From NCBI GenBank assembly GCA_964425935.1, contig CAYROR010000007.1:1629-65628 (forward strand): a stretch of DNA of 64,000 bases, written 5' to 3'. A model generated the notes under the pieces. That model worked only from the letters and a program-made list of their open reading frames with translations, was not told where the DNA came from and searched no databases. The number at the start of each line of letters is the position of its first letter. Within the stretch, counting starts at the first letter, position 1. The position numbers and the translations under genes were made by a program. Positions 27,542 through 38,799 of this stretch are shown here, one piece after another. The DNA comes from an uncultured Sangeribacter sp. (GTDB lineage: Bacteria; Bacteroidota; Bacteroidia; Bacteroidales; Muribaculaceae).

Positions 27542-28363
27542 ATGTCAACAAATACAATAGACAATGCCCGCAAGGTGACCACTCGCCGCCTTGTGGAGAT
27601 GAAGCAGCGCGGAGAGAAGATCTCCATGCTGACAGCCTACGACTATTCTTCTGCAAAGATTCTCGACGGCGCGGGGATCGACGTCATTCTTGTGGGGGAT
27701 TCCGCGTCAAATGTTATGGCCGGCAACGCCACCACACTTCCGATCACACTCGACCAGATGATCTATCATGCCAAATCCGTAATGAAAGGCGTTCAGCGGG
27801 CACTCGTGGTTTGCGACCTTCCGTTCGGTTCCTATCAGGGCAATCCCATTGAGGCTCTTTCCTCGGCCGTCAGGATCATGAAGGAGAGTCATGCCGAGGC
27901 GGTGAAGATCGAGGGGGGTGCCGAAATAAGGGAATCCGTGGAGCGGATTCTTAGCGCGGGTATTCCCGTGATGGGTCATCTTGGCCTGACTCCGCAGAGC
28001 ATCAATAAGTTTGGCACGTATGCCGTCCGTGCCAGAGAGGAAGCGGAGGCTCGTAAACTTGTTGAAGACGCGAAGCTGCTTGAGGAACTCGGATGTTTCA
28101 GCATCGTTCTCGAGAAGATTCCTGCCAGCCTTGCTGCGAAAGTTGCCTCGGAGGTTTCGATTCCGGTGATCGGCATCGGAGCGGGAGGTGGCGTCGACGG
28201 GCAGGTGCTCGTGATGCACGATATGCTCGGCATCAACAAGGGATTCTCCCCTCGGTTCCTACGCAGATATGCCGATCTGGCCGGAATAATGACTGAGGCT
28301 GTGGAAAACTACGTGGCCGACGTCAAATCAGGGAGCTTCCCCAACGAATCAGAATCCTACTGA
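27542..28363 (+). CDS. panB: 3-methyl-2-oxobutanoate hydroxymethyltransferase
   Basis: [25 protein letters not shown] and IGIGAG motifs. Confidence 0.97.
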   Translation: MSTNTIDNARKVTTRRLVEMKQRGEKISMLTAYDYSSAKILDGAGIDVILVGDSASNVMAGNATTLPITLDQMIYHAKSVMKGVQRALVVCDLPFGSYQGNPIEALSSAVRIMKESHAEAVKIEGGAEIRESVERILSAGIPVMGHLGLTPQSINKFGTYAVRAREEAEARKLVEDAKLLEELGCFSIVLEKIPASLAAKVASEVSIPVIGIGAGGGVDGQVLVMHDMLGINKGFSPRFLRRYADLAGIMTEAVENYVADVKSGSFPNESESY

Positions 28364-28485
28364 TTGAGGAAATCGCGGTTATCATCGCCGGAGAGAACTA
28401 ACAAAAGCCTTGATCCGGTTGTTATAGGTTTGTGGATGTCTTCAGCATCCGCAAACCATTTTTTCTATATCTAATCGTGAGGCTT

Positions 28486-29751
28486 ATGAAAAAGATCCTG
28501 ATCCTCGGCGCAGTTCTGGCATCCGGAACCGCTTTCGCCCAGACCCCCGACCATAAAATCGGCTTTATAGAACATTCCGACACCGCATTCCATGTCAAAA
28601 CCTTGCATGAAAATGCTCCCCACATCGCAAATCTTCCCGACGTGCCACGCTTCGCATTGTTTGGCAAGGAGAGGAAGTTTTATATGGGTATAGGTGTGAA
28701 TCTGGAGGCCATCGGAGTCTACGATTTCGGAGCCCCGGTGCCAAAGGCAAACTCTTTCATAACGTCGTCGATCCCGATGTCGAAAGTTCCGGGCAACGGG
28801 GCGATGTTCCGTTTCAGCGGTCAGCGGAGCAACGTCTATCTCAATATTGTGGCCCTTCCGGGCCTGAGCGATCAGCTCGGAGCTTACGTCGACATTAATT
28901 TCCTCGGTGATGGCTATGCCCCCAGTCTGAATATGGCATATCTCAGATATCGCGGGATAACGGCCGGCTATGCCTTCTCGATCTTCTCAGACGCGGCCGC
29001 CTCTCCGGCAACCATCGACAATCAGGGTCCTAATGCCTTTACAGGGGTGATCCACGGAATGATCGCCTACGAACCCACGTTTGGAAAAGATCACGAATGG
29101 AAAGCAGGAATAGGATTCGACAATCCCAATCAATCCTTCACCACCTCCTATAATACTGCGGCTGTGAGTCAGCGAGTGCCTGATATACCATTCTATATCC
29201 AGCGGAGCTGGGCCGAAGGCAACGGCTGGCTGCGGGTGTCGGGAATCATCAGGAATCTCTATTATCGAAATCTTGAAACCGAGAAGAATGTCGACAAAGT
29301 GGGGTGGGGCGTAAAGACGAGCGGTTCAACTCCGATTTCCGGCGGATTGTCTTGTGTATGGCAGGCTGTTTACGGTAAGGGAATCGCCAGCTATATTCAG
29401 GATCTATCCGGCACCGGCATGGACCTTGCGCCTGATCCTGATAACAGCGCAGTGCTTGATCCTGTGAAGGCCTGGGCCGGATATGCCGGCCTCCGCTATC
29501 AGTTTAATCCCAATCTTTTCTGCACGGCAACCTATAGCCATGTGCGAACATACGCCAAGGATTTCACTGACTCGAAGCAAAGCTGGAAGAGTGGCTATCG
29601 CTATGCTCAATACGTTTGTGGAAACGTGTTCTATCAGGTGAATTCCGTAGTTCAGATTGGTGCCGAATATCTTTATGGGCGCCGGGTGGATTATGGAGGC
29701 ACTCAGGCTCACGACAACCGTATCGAGGCGTTGCTTCAGGTAAGCTTCTGA
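28486..29751 (+). CDS. DcaP-like outer-membrane porin
   Basis: Signal peptide AFA-Q, TIDNQGP, GKGIASYIQDL, GAEYLYGRR, terminal F. Confidence 0.75.
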   Translation: MKKILILGAVLASGTAFAQTPDHKIGFIEHSDTAFHVKTLHENAPHIANLPDVPRFALFGKERKFYMGIGVNLEAIGVYDFGAPVPKANSFITSSIPMSKVPGNGAMFRFSGQRSNVYLNIVALPGLSDQLGAYVDINFLGDGYAPSLNMAYLRYRGITAGYAFSIFSDAAASPATIDNQGPNAFTGVIHGMIAYEPTFGKDHEWKAGIGFDNPNQSFTTSYNTAAVSQRVPDIPFYIQRSWAEGNGWLRVSGIIRNLYYRNLETEKNVDKVGWGVKTSGSTPISGGLSCVWQAVYGKGIASYIQDLSGTGMDLAPDPDNSAVLDPVKAWAGYAGLRYQFNPNLFCTATYSHVRTYAKDFTDSKQSWKSGYRYAQYVCGNVFYQVNSVVQIGAEYLYGRRVDYGGTQAHDNRIEALLQVSF

Positions 29752-29854
29752 GGAAATCGGGAGAGATGCTTCGGGATGGCTTGAAAAAGTCGGCTTTAAG
29801 TGTTAATTTTGTGCAAAGAAAAATAAGGAGATCCTCCATTTAAGACTCTAAGAA

Positions 29855-30379
29855 ATGAGAAAGCTTATATTTATGATGATTATTCCGGTTGCCGCCGCTA
29901 TGGCATCCTGTTCCCACAAAACTTCAGCCGTTGCCGAGACTTCGACTCCGCAACAGTCTACCCCCGTAGTTATGGGTTCCGGCGTGAGATCGCTTCCGAA
30001 AGCCACAGCCTTCAAGATGAACGGCGACTATGCCAACCAGGTCGGAGTCACTATCGGTAGCGACGGAAAGCTGACGTATTTCCCTGCTCCAACCGACATA
30101 ACGGCTAATTCCGCACCTGTGTCGCTGGGCGACGGGTGGTGGCTCAACCGCCAGGGATTGAGCGCCGGGTCGGTGTTCACCCGCTGGACGTTTGAGGAAT
30201 ATTCTAAGCTCAAGAAGGTCCCTGCTCCGGAGGAGATCCTTAAGGCCGTGATCCCCGGCTCTAAAGTGGAGTCGTTCACGGTTCTCCCTTATACTCAGAC
30301 AGGGGTTCTCAACCATCTTGAGGATATAAAGAATTTTTTGAAGGGACCGTCGGCACCCGCCCCGGCTCCGGAGAAATAA
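29855..30379 (+). CDS. Hypothetical lipoprotein
   Basis: Lipobox AMAS-C; YFPAPTD / GWWLNRQG motifs; function unknown. Confidence 0.7.
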   Translation: MRKLIFMMIIPVAAAMASCSHKTSAVAETSTPQQSTPVVMGSGVRSLPKATAFKMNGDYANQVGVTIGSDGKLTYFPAPTDITANSAPVSLGDGWWLNRQGLSAGSVFTRWTFEEYSKLKKVPAPEEILKAVIPGSKVESFTVLPYTQTGVLNHLEDIKNFLKGPSAPAPAPEK

Positions 30380-30397
30380 AAAAGAAAGGAAATATAG

Positions 30398-31669
30398 ATG
30401 ACACCTAAGAAAACTCCCGTGCTTTTGCTCACGGGATATCTTGGCAGCGGAAAGACCACGCTGCTCAACAGAATCCTGACAAACAGGAAGGGAATCCGGT
30501 TTGCCGTTATAGTCAACGATATCGGAGAAGTTAACATTGATGCCGACCTTATCGCTAAAGGTGGTGTGGTCGGGGGCTCCGACGATAGCCTTGTGGCTCT
30601 TCAGAACGGTTGCATCTGCTGCACACTCAAGACCGACCTGATGCAGCAGCTCTCTGATCTGATCTCAGCTGATTTCGATTATATAGTGATTGAGGCGAGC
30701 GGCATCTGTGAGCCTGAGCCTATCGCTCAGACGATATGTTCGATGCCGGTGATCGCTCCAAACCTGGTGAAGAAAGGGATTCCGGAGCTCGACTGCATCG
30801 TGACCGTGGTCGATGTCCTTCGCTTGGAAACGGAGTTTGCCGGTGGCGATCGTTTGCGTTCCGACTCAGTGGGGGAGGAAGATATTGAAAGTCTTGTGAT
30901 TCAGCAGCTAGAATTTTGCAATATCATCGTGCTTAACAAGATATCGGAGGTGACTCCCGAGCAGGCACGCCACATCCGAGAGGTAGTGAAGGCGCTTCAG
31001 CCAAAGGCTGAGATCATCGAGGCTGATTATTGTGATTTCGATCTTGACAAAATTCTTGACACCCATAAATTTGATTTCGAAAAGACAGTGACTTCGGCCA
31101 CATGGATCAGCGAGATAGAAAAGAGCGTCGAGGATCATGAAGGCGAAAATCATCACGATCACCACCACCACGATCACGAGGAGCATGATCACCACCACGA
31201 TCACGAGGAGGAAGACCATTCTCATTGCGACCACGAGCATGGAGTTTGCCATTGCCATCATCACCACCACCATCATGATGAAGGTGAAGCTGAGGAATAT
31301 GGCATCGGCACATTCGTGTATTATGCCAGAAAACCATTTGATATCAATAAGTTTGATTGGTTTGTGGCCAAGCAGTGGCCGAAGAGCGTGATCCGGGCGA
31401 AGGGAATATGCTATTTCTCTGACAACACCGACATGTCCTATCTCTTTGAGCAGGCCGGAGTGCAGAAGAAGCTTACTCAGGCAGGCCAGTGGTATGCCAC
31501 TGCTCCGGAAGATGAGCTCCAGCGCATGCTCGCAACGGAACCCGGATTGGCAAGGGACTGGGATCCTGTCTTCGGCGACAGAATGCAAAAGATTGTCTTC
31601 ATAGGCCAGAAGATGGATAAGGAAGCCATCATCTCTGCTCTCGATTTCTGTCTCACCGATTTCTCCTGA
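30398..31669 (+). CDS. COG0523/CobW-family GTPase (metallochaperone)
   Basis: TGYLGSGKTT, NGCICC, IEASG, His-rich insert, CobW_C RAKG motif. Confidence 0.93.
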   Translation: MTPKKTPVLLLTGYLGSGKTTLLNRILTNRKGIRFAVIVNDIGEVNIDADLIAKGGVVGGSDDSLVALQNGCICCTLKTDLMQQLSDLISADFDYIVIEASGICEPEPIAQTICSMPVIAPNLVKKGIPELDCIVTVVDVLRLETEFAGGDRLRSDSVGEEDIESLVIQQLEFCNIIVLNKISEVTPEQARHIREVVKALQPKAEIIEADYCDFDLDKILDTHKFDFEKTVTSATWISEIEKSVEDHEGENHHDHHHHDHEEHDHHHDHEEEDHSHCDHEHGVCHCHHHHHHHDEGEAEEYGIGTFVYYARKPFDINKFDWFVAKQWPKSVIRAKGICYFSDNTDMSYLFEQAGVQKKLTQAGQWYATAPEDELQRMLATEPGLARDWDPVFGDRMQKIVFIGQKMDKEAIISALDFCLTDFS

Positions 31670-31697
31670 ACAAGAATAAAACTTTAGGACAATAGCT

Positions 31698-31736
31698 AAA
31701 AATGTCCGCGGAATACTCCTTTCCGCGGGCATTTTT
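31698..31736. terminator. Bidirectional intrinsic terminator
   Basis: AAAAATGTCCGCGGAA-n7-TTCCGCGGGCATTTTT. Confidence 0.8.
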
Positions 31737-31781
31737 GCTTTATAATTAAAAAGATGCTATATTTGCAGAAAAATAGGAATT

Positions 31782-33341
31782 ATGGAAGAGACTCTGAGAT
31801 ATCCTATCGGACAGCAAGATTTCAAGACACTCCGTGAAGACGATGCCCTTTATGTTGATAAAACAGCATTCATAGAGAAAATTGCGGCAAGCAAGGGGAA
31901 ATATGTCTTTCTGTCTCGTCCGCGACGTTTCGGGAAGAGCCTCTTTCTCTCTACTCTCCGTTATTTCTTTGAAGGTAGGAGAGAGTTGTTCAAGGGTCTT
32001 TACATCGATTCTGCAAAATGGGATTGGGTAGCATATCCTGTTCTTCACATTGATCTTAATTCCGAACGATATGTAGAGCCAGATTCGCTTGATAATGTGC
32101 TTGATAAACTTTTTATAGGTTGGGAAAGTGAATATGGAATCGTCAGCCCTGCGAGTGATCTTCCATCAAGATTGAGCAACATAATCAAGGAGGCTCATGA
32201 GAAAACAGGGCAGCAGGTGGTGGTGCTTGTAGATGAGTATGACAAACCGCTTGTGGGCAATCTTAATAATGACGAGGCATTTGAGAGATATCGGTTGAAG
32301 CTCGCGTCGATCTATTCCAATTTCAAAAGTTCTGCAGAACATTTGCGTCTTGTATTCCTCACGGGAGTTAGCAGATTCAGCAAACTCAGCATTTTTTCAG
32401 ATCTCAATAACCTTAACGATATCTCGTTCGATAATGAATATGCCGATATTTGCGGCATAACTGAAAATGAGTTGCTTGATAATTTCAAAGCTGGCATCAG
32501 CCTGTTTGCTAAAGAAATGGAGGTGACATACGACGAAGCATGTCGCATACTGAAGCATAATTATGATGGCTATCGTTTCGCCCGTAAGGGAAGCGACATT
32601 TATAATCCCTGGTCGCTGATGTGTTGTCTGTCGAAATTGCATCCGGCTAACTATTGGAGCATGACCGGCGGTGCGACAGTGGTTGCGGAGTGTCTTTACA
32701 AAGTAGACGTCAATCTTGAGGAGATTCTTAACACACGATGCGATTTCCAGTCATTGGTAGGTCTCGACCTCCGGAATGCCGATCCGTTGGCGCTCCTTTA
32801 TCAGACAGGCTATCTGACCATAAAGAATTATGATAAGGAAACCGATCTGTTTACGCTGGGTGTTCCAAACAGAGAGGTGATGGATGACCTCTCCAGAGTG
32901 CTCCTCCCTTTCTATGTGAAAATGCGTAAAGGCACGGCGGAAGGAGTAATTCGTGATCTGCTTGCGAGTATACGTCTGGGACAACCGGAAAAAATGATGT
33001 CTACTCTTGAAACATTCTTTGCAGGCATTCCGTATGATCTGAAGATGGAAAATGAGAATAATTTTCAGAATGCTGTCTTCATACTTGTCTCGCTTATCGG
33101 AGCCAATGTCAAGGCAGAAGACCGCACTTCCGACGGTCGCATTGATTTGACGATAGAAACTCCAAAATATGTCTATATAATCGAGCTGAAATATGCCGGG
33201 ACTGTAGATGGTGCCATGGATCAAATAAATCAGAAACGTTATGATAGAAAATATCGAACTGGTAACCGCAAGATATTTAAGATAGGAGCCAACTTCTCTC
33301 CTAAGACGCGCACAATAAGCTGGGAGTGTCAACCTTCATAG
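31782..33341 (+). CDS. AAA-ATPase-like protein with C-terminal PD-(D/E)XK nuclease domain
   Basis: YPIGQQDF, SRPRRFGKS, VDEYDKP, GRIDL...IIELK. Confidence 0.92.
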   Translation: MEETLRYPIGQQDFKTLREDDALYVDKTAFIEKIAASKGKYVFLSRPRRFGKSLFLSTLRYFFEGRRELFKGLYIDSAKWDWVAYPVLHIDLNSERYVEPDSLDNVLDKLFIGWESEYGIVSPASDLPSRLSNIIKEAHEKTGQQVVVLVDEYDKPLVGNLNNDEAFERYRLKLASIYSNFKSSAEHLRLVFLTGVSRFSKLSIFSDLNNLNDISFDNEYADICGITENELLDNFKAGISLFAKEMEVTYDEACRILKHNYDGYRFARKGSDIYNPWSLMCCLSKLHPANYWSMTGGATVVAECLYKVDVNLEEILNTRCDFQSLVGLDLRNADPLALLYQTGYLTIKNYDKETDLFTLGVPNREVMDDLSRVLLPFYVKMRKGTAEGVIRDLLASIRLGQPEKMMSTLETFFAGIPYDLKMENENNFQNAVFILVSLIGANVKAEDRTSDGRIDLTIETPKYVYIIELKYAGTVDGAMDQINQKRYDRKYRTGNRKIFKIGANFSPKTRTISWECQPS

Positions 33342-33392
33342 CCTGAAGCGAAGCAAACGTTAAATTAGTGTTTGGATAATTGACAGAATATT

Positions 33393-33770
33393 ATGAATGT
33401 AGAATCAGTGAGGGAGTATTGTCTTTCGTTGCCACTTACAACAGAAGACATGGCTTTTGGAGAAGACCATCTGTTGTTTCGCATTGTCAATAAGATATTT
33501 GTGTGCATGTCGTTGGATGGCAGTGAATGTCTGGCTATGAAATGCGAGCCGGAGTATGCCCAGGAGTTACGGGCCAGATATCCCGGGATTGTTCCCGCAT
33601 GGCATTGGAATAAGAAATATTGGAACCAATTGTCACTGGGATGTGCCTTTGATGATGAATTTATAAAGGCCCTTATACGTCACAGCTATTCTGAGGCCGT
33701 GAGGAAACTCCCGAAGAAAATCCGTGATGCCCATCCGGAGATCGTCAGCGTTTGTGGCAGACCTATCTAA
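33393..33770 (+). CDS. MmcQ/YjbR family DNA-binding protein
   Basis: REYCLSLP, NKIF, MKCEP...LR, PAWHWNKKYWN. Confidence 0.9.
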   Translation: MNVESVREYCLSLPLTTEDMAFGEDHLLFRIVNKIFVCMSLDGSECLAMKCEPEYAQELRARYPGIVPAWHWNKKYWNQLSLGCAFDDEFIKALIRHSYSEAVRKLPKKIRDAHPEIVSVCGRPI

Positions 33771-36678
33771 AAGCGTCTCTCTTTTTCGGATTCTTGTTGA
33801 ATCGATATGACACCTGAAGCATGACGTAGCGTGTCATCGTGTTGGTAAAGACTTCGCTAATATACTGGCCGTTCATATAGGTAGCATTCGGATTCACCTT
33901 CCCCAGAATGTCGTATGCCCTCAGTTTGAAGAGCAGCCTCCCATCCATGACGCTTCGGCTTAATTCGGCATTCCAGAGAATCTCCGCTTTTTCAAACGAT
34001 GGATCGGAGTAGCCGTAGCGACGCACGATGTCAAGATTGGTGGAGAGTTGAATCTCTCCCGGTAGTGGAACAGTTGCGCTGAATGAGGGTTTGAGATCCC
34101 ACAGGTTGAGATTCTCAAAATTAGACCGGGATGATCTTGCTGTTCTGAGTTGAGCAGTGAATGAACTAGATAACAGGATTTTCTTATGTTGCCACGTTAG
34201 TTTGAATGTCTCTCCGGGTGTATCACTCCTGACGGTGCTGCGTTCAGGGGTTTCGTTGGTTGAGACATAATCCACATTATTGTCGTGCCAGAAAAATGTT
34301 GTTGTGGAGAATTCCAGCTGCTTGTTTCGAGTCAGCGGACGGCTATAGGTGTAATGTGCATAGAAATTCCAGTTGCCGGAAATGTTGTCGGGCATCCAGG
34401 TGTTGACCCCCGTCTCCCTGTCATAGAATCTCGCCTGCACAAGGGCATTCGGACGGATCTTTAAAGAGGCGTGGGCATTCATAGCCACCTGCGAGAAGTT
34501 ATTTCTCCTTTTCCAGTCGAGGGTGAGATTATGAGCGGCATATCTTTTCAGGTCGTGGTTAGGCAGATAGACGTTCAATGGATTTGTGGTGCGCCTGTAG
34601 TCGAGCCTATAGCTCAGCGGTGCCTCCATGTCTGTATAGGAATAATTGAAATCTATCATGTTGGAAATTGCCAGCATCCAATTGGGATTCTCCACATACT
34701 GTGTAATATAGAAGTCTTTCATATAGACCACACGGAGCGAAGGCCTGAAATAGTTGGAAACACGGCTGAGGTGTCTCTGATATTCTGGAGAATTATAAGA
34801 AAGATTCTCGACGGCGAGCCGGTCGGAGAGAATTATGTTGAAATAAAGATTTCTATAATATAAGGCATTTCCGGTTTGGGTATTTTTAGGCGATCTGATA
34901 TCGAGGGTGATTCTCGAATTCGGTGTTTCCGTGTTCAGTCTCTGGTTATAACTGTTGGACGGGTCAAGATAAGATATGAGATGCTGTCTTTCGGAGGCCT
35001 GCTCCATGAGGTCGAACCATGAATTGTCGGTAGTGGCGGAGGAATGGTCATATCCGACTTCATACTTTATCTGGGCATTCCAGATGTTTCTCCTGAACAG
35101 ATTGGCTTGATAAAATCCAATACCAAGTCCAAAATTATAAGATGGCTCCTTCCTGAGCTGCATCCTGACGGATTTCTCGTCGGCAGAGTCATGGAAAGGA
35201 TATGCCACGTCATATCGGGAGGTCATGTCATAATGGTCATATCGGTAGCCTCCTGAATAGGAGAGAAAGAAAAAATTACCGGGTGAAGATGAAGGAAGAG
35301 AGGTGTTTCCGTTTATGCTGCCGGAAATCCATCTTGAAGCCGCGTTGCGTGAGTCTGAATATCTGTAGGCGAGCGACTGCAACAGGGATGGAGATCCGAT
35401 CCCTGCGAACACGGAGTCAAGAGCACCGACACGATTGTCTTCGACAGGCTCTTTGTTGAATACAGCATTTCTGGAAAGAGACCCGGTTTTATTGTCAGCA
35501 TACTCAAATCGAGGGGAGATGGTTGTATATGCGGACGGATAAGTGAAAACAATATCATGTGAGGATGTAACCTTGAAATCACGTTTATGGGCGTCAGTTC
35601 TTGATCTTTCCCAGTTGTCGCCCGTGGGAATGAAGTTGCGGGTGGAACTTTCCGACAGGGTGTGGTTCCTGTCATGGGCCAGGGTAACATTTACATTAAT
35701 CTTCAACGGTCTGGCTTTATTATGGAAAAGGTAATCCACCCCTTCCTTTATCAGGCGGTTCTGGCCGCTCATGTTGTCTTCCTGACTCCATTGTCCGCCG
35801 GTTCCGGCAGTCGTGGAATTGTTTATATTGTTGCCATTGCCGAAAACAGTCACCCTGACATTATCGGCGAATCCCAGCAGGAAAGCACGTCCCAGCCATC
35901 TGTTGTCAGGCACACCGTAGCCACCTTCCAGATTCCCCATCCATCCGGTGGAATAATCCCGCTTCAGGATAACATCCATCACGAGAGGTTTATCTTTCTT
36001 ATCCTTTCTTCCTGTGATATATGCGTCATCCGCCTCTTTATTATAGACCTTGACATTCTTCACAGTGAAGGCAGGGAGATTCTGCAGGGCCACCGTAGGA
36101 TTTCCCTGAAAGAAATTCTCTCCGTTAAGGAGGAGAGAACTGACGTATTCTCCATTTACTTTGATTACCCCGTCTTTAAGTTCGACACCCGGAAGCCGGG
36201 CGACAAGCGCATCAAGCATCGAACCGTTTGCCAGTTCGAAAGCATCAGCATTATAGACGATCGTATCCCCCCTCATCACCATCTTCACTTTGGATGCCGT
36301 CACCGTGAACTCATCAAGCGTCCTTACCCTTTCCTTGAAAAGAAGGACAGGTTTGATCCTTTTTTCGTTATAATTCCCCTTTTGCGGGATAACAAAATTC
36401 ATAAAGGCCGGTTGATAACCCTCCGCTTCAAATTTGAAAATAAAATTTTCTCCGGGATTTCCTGTCAACTTGCAGATTGAAGTGTAGCCCCCTTTTACCG
36501 GTTGAGAGAACAGAGTGACGGAGTCTGACTTCATCACAACGATCTCCCCATTCAATGGATCATGACTGACAGCATCCTGAATCTGGCAGAAAACCGAAAG
36601 CTCATGCTCTTTGGCGGATACCGGATTCGTCAGGAGAAAAACCGACACCATAAGGAGAATCTGAATAGAATGTTTCAT
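33763..36678 (-). CDS. Large outer-membrane beta-barrel protein (TonB-receptor-like architecture)
   Basis: Signal peptide, RGDTIVYNADAF...RLPGVE plug-like segment, C-terminal RYVMLQVSYRFN; TAATTTTG (-) at 36733-36740. Confidence 0.82.
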   Translation of the reverse strand: MKHSIQILLMVSVFLLTNPVSAKEHELSVFCQIQDAVSHDPLNGEIVVMKSDSVTLFSQPVKGGYTSICKLTGNPGENFIFKFEAEGYQPAFMNFVIPQKGNYNEKRIKPVLLFKERVRTLDEFTVTASKVKMVMRGDTIVYNADAFELANGSMLDALVARLPGVELKDGVIKVNGEYVSSLLLNGENFFQGNPTVALQNLPAFTVKNVKVYNKEADDAYITGRKDKKDKPLVMDVILKRDYSTGWMGNLEGGYGVPDNRWLGRAFLLGFADNVRVTVFGNGNNINNSTTAGTGGQWSQEDNMSGQNRLIKEGVDYLFHNKARPLKINVNVTLAHDRNHTLSESSTRNFIPTGDNWERSRTDAHKRDFKVTSSHDIVFTYPSAYTTISPRFEYADNKTGSLSRNAVFNKEPVEDNRVGALDSVFAGIGSPSLLQSLAYRYSDSRNAASRWISGSINGNTSLPSSSPGNFFFLSYSGGYRYDHYDMTSRYDVAYPFHDSADEKSVRMQLRKEPSYNFGLGIGFYQANLFRRNIWNAQIKYEVGYDHSSATTDNSWFDLMEQASERQHLISYLDPSNSYNQRLNTETPNSRITLDIRSPKNTQTGNALYYRNLYFNIILSDRLAVENLSYNSPEYQRHLSRVSNYFRPSLRVVYMKDFYITQYVENPNWMLAISNMIDFNYSYTDMEAPLSYRLDYRRTTNPLNVYLPNHDLKRYAAHNLTLDWKRRNNFSQVAMNAHASLKIRPNALVQARFYDRETGVNTWMPDNISGNWNFYAHYTYSRPLTRNKQLEFSTTTFFWHDNNVDYVSTNETPERSTVRSDTPGETFKLTWQHKKILLSSSFTAQLRTARSSRSNFENLNLWDLKPSFSATVPLPGEIQLSTNLDIVRRYGYSDPSFEKAEILWNAELSRSVMDGRLLFKLRAYDILGKVNPNATYMNGQYISEVFTNTMTRYVMLQVSYRFNKNPKKRDAFR

Positions 36679-36937
36679 TACATACTGAGTTATATGATGA
36701 ATTAAAAAATGCTAAGGCTATTTTTCTTTGTGCAAAATTAACTCAGCAGTGTATCTTTTACCAAAAAAATGGGTGGATATTCATATTACAACGGCATGTG
36801 CATGTGTATGCTAATCAGATAGTTCGGATTGTGTTAGATCTTACATTATCGTAGATGACTGCGGGAGTGAATGTTATTAATAGGTTTGTTATGTGGAATC
36901 TCTGTGCGATAGTCGGAGGGCATGGGAATAAAGCGTG

Positions 36938-38599
36938 CTATTTCCCTACCTGCATCTCGTCAATGAATACTTGGGATATGGTCGATCCGGATTTAATGAT
37001 TTTGTCTTTGATTCTCTTACGCAAGACATAGAAGTTCTCCCTTGAGATATTCATGAAAATGCAGATGGCTCGGGCTGAAAAACCGGCATAAATAAAGGAG
37101 AGGATGTCAATTTCCTTTTCTTTAAGTGCAGGACACTCTGTGCGAAGTTTTCTGACGATCCCATCTTTATATTTATTCACCAGATCCTCAATCTCCATGA
37201 TCGATTGTCTGGAACTTAATTCTGAGATCTGTTTCTCAAATTCGGTATAAAATAGATTTTTAGCTTTATCACCCAATGAACGGTTAATAAAATAGTTGTC
37301 GCATAAAATATTGAGCGTATTGAGTCTCTCTCTGAATAGTTGATCGGTAAGTATCTTAAGTTCATTCCGGTTAGACTGCTCCTGAGTAAGTTTGACATCC
37401 ATCTCCGTTACTAAGCCACGAAGTTCGTCAATGCGTATTTCCATCGCGGCTTCCTGCCTGATTTGACTCCTACGATAAAACCATTCACCGATAAACATTA
37501 TGAACAGTATTATGAGCAGCCCTCCTCCAATAATCCGGGAAGAGCGTTTAGTAATTCGATCCTGCGATACCCGGTTTTCTGTTTCAGAGATATATTTCTG
37601 ATGAGCTTTCACGACGTCGGGGAATTGTTTAAACATAATCTGATTCTCCTTTTCAATTGCAAGAGTGATTTCCTTAAAGCCACGCCATGATGTTTCAAGT
37701 GAGGACAGAATTACCCTTATTGAATCCTCCTTATTTTCAATCTTGTAGCGGCAATATTTTTCAAGCAGGAGATTTGATTCCGGCAGTTCTTTTATTATTT
37801 CAGGCCGCAATTTTCTGATGGAATCCATAGTCGCGATCACCCTCTTGAAGTTGGGTGGATAAATAAGGATGGAACTTTTTATGTTCCTGTCAACTATAAA
37901 AACTATATAGGGGATACTTTTCTCCATCCTTAAAAATAACGGTATGCAGGAATCTGTTAGAGATGAAATTGAATCAATCTGATGGATACTTTCCCATAAT
38001 CCTACTGCTTTTGTTAAGAAATAACCGAAATTTCCATCTCCTGCATGAGGATTTGAAACATAAAGCTTTGCCCCTTCAGTCATATATCTTGCCCCTTCAA
38101 GTTTATTGTCGGTGTATAAATAAGAATTTGCCATGATATCGCAAAATCTTGTAAGATATAGCGTGTCTTTCAGTTCTTTAGCAAGAGGTTCCAAATGAAG
38201 TGCGTGATATACTGCATCGGCATACATCTGATTGTCGAAATATGAACATGAACGCAAGTATGATGCAATCATTGCGTGATATTTGTCATCAGCCCCCTCG
38301 TTCAGGTAATAGTCTGCTGCAAATCCGATCAGGGAATCTGGTGGAAGTGTTAGACCGTGTAATTTATGATTATTGTATGCCACCATATAATAAGCCGCTG
38401 AATCAGCGCGAGAGTTAAGTGAAGATAGAGAGACTGAGTCAAGATAAGGATAGGCATAAAGCCATTGCATAGAATCAAGGGCGGAGATTATAGGGCGAAT
38501 TGTCGGTGAATATGTGGTTTTATGCCGACAGCTTGCCATACAGACAATAAATAGGATGATCAGAATATGAATATGATGGTTATGAAGATTAGATCTCAT
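36938..38599 (-). CDS. Membrane-spanning one-component regulator with C-terminal LuxR-like HTH
   Basis: Lipoprotein-like N-terminus (MAS-C), helical periplasmic region, TM GGGLLIILFIMFI, LKEKEIDILSFIYAGFSARAIC...FYVLRKRIKDKI. Confidence 0.7.
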   Translation of the reverse strand: MRSNLHNHHIHILIILFIVCMASCRHKTTYSPTIRPIISALDSMQWLYAYPYLDSVSLSSLNSRADSAAYYMVAYNNHKLHGLTLPPDSLIGFAADYYLNEGADDKYHAMIASYLRSCSYFDNQMYADAVYHALHLEPLAKELKDTLYLTRFCDIMANSYLYTDNKLEGARYMTEGAKLYVSNPHAGDGNFGYFLTKAVGLWESIHQIDSISSLTDSCIPLFLRMEKSIPYIVFIVDRNIKSSILIYPPNFKRVIATMDSIRKLRPEIIKELPESNLLLEKYCRYKIENKEDSIRVILSSLETSWRGFKEITLAIEKENQIMFKQFPDVVKAHQKYISETENRVSQDRITKRSSRIIGGGLLIILFIMFIGEWFYRRSQIRQEAAMEIRIDELRGLVTEMDVKLTQEQSNRNELKILTDQLFRERLNTLNILCDNYFINRSLGDKAKNLFYTEFEKQISELSSRQSIMEIEDLVNKYKDGIVRKLRTECPALKEKEIDILSFIYAGFSARAICIFMNISRENFYVLRKRIKDKIIKSGSTISQVFIDEMQVGK

Positions 38600-38676
38600 T
38601 GATATCTTGAGGGGTGGGTTTTATTGGTTAGAACTATGTTGATTAAATCCGACAATAAATTTATCGATTTTTATCC

Positions 38677-38799
38677 TCAAAAAGGGTTCCCATCTTTTTT
38701 TTCAGTTCCTTTGATTTTTCCCTGGGAACAATAGTTGCGGGCAGTTCGATCTGCGACTCCATGTCCGTCTGTCCACTCCTTGATTGAACAATACTCCAT
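38677..38799 (-). pseudogene. Truncated N-terminal HTH of a Fic-family-like gene
   Basis: MEYCSIKEWTDGHGVADRTARNYCSQGKIKG resembles the N-terminus of Bacteroidales HTH-Fic proteins but stops after 40 aa; own TATCTTTG promoter (-) at 38829-38836. Confidence 0.5.

Noticed and set aside
31140-31280. CAC/CAT/GAT low-complexity repeats
   Set aside because: They encode the ordinary His-rich insert of COG0523 GTPases.
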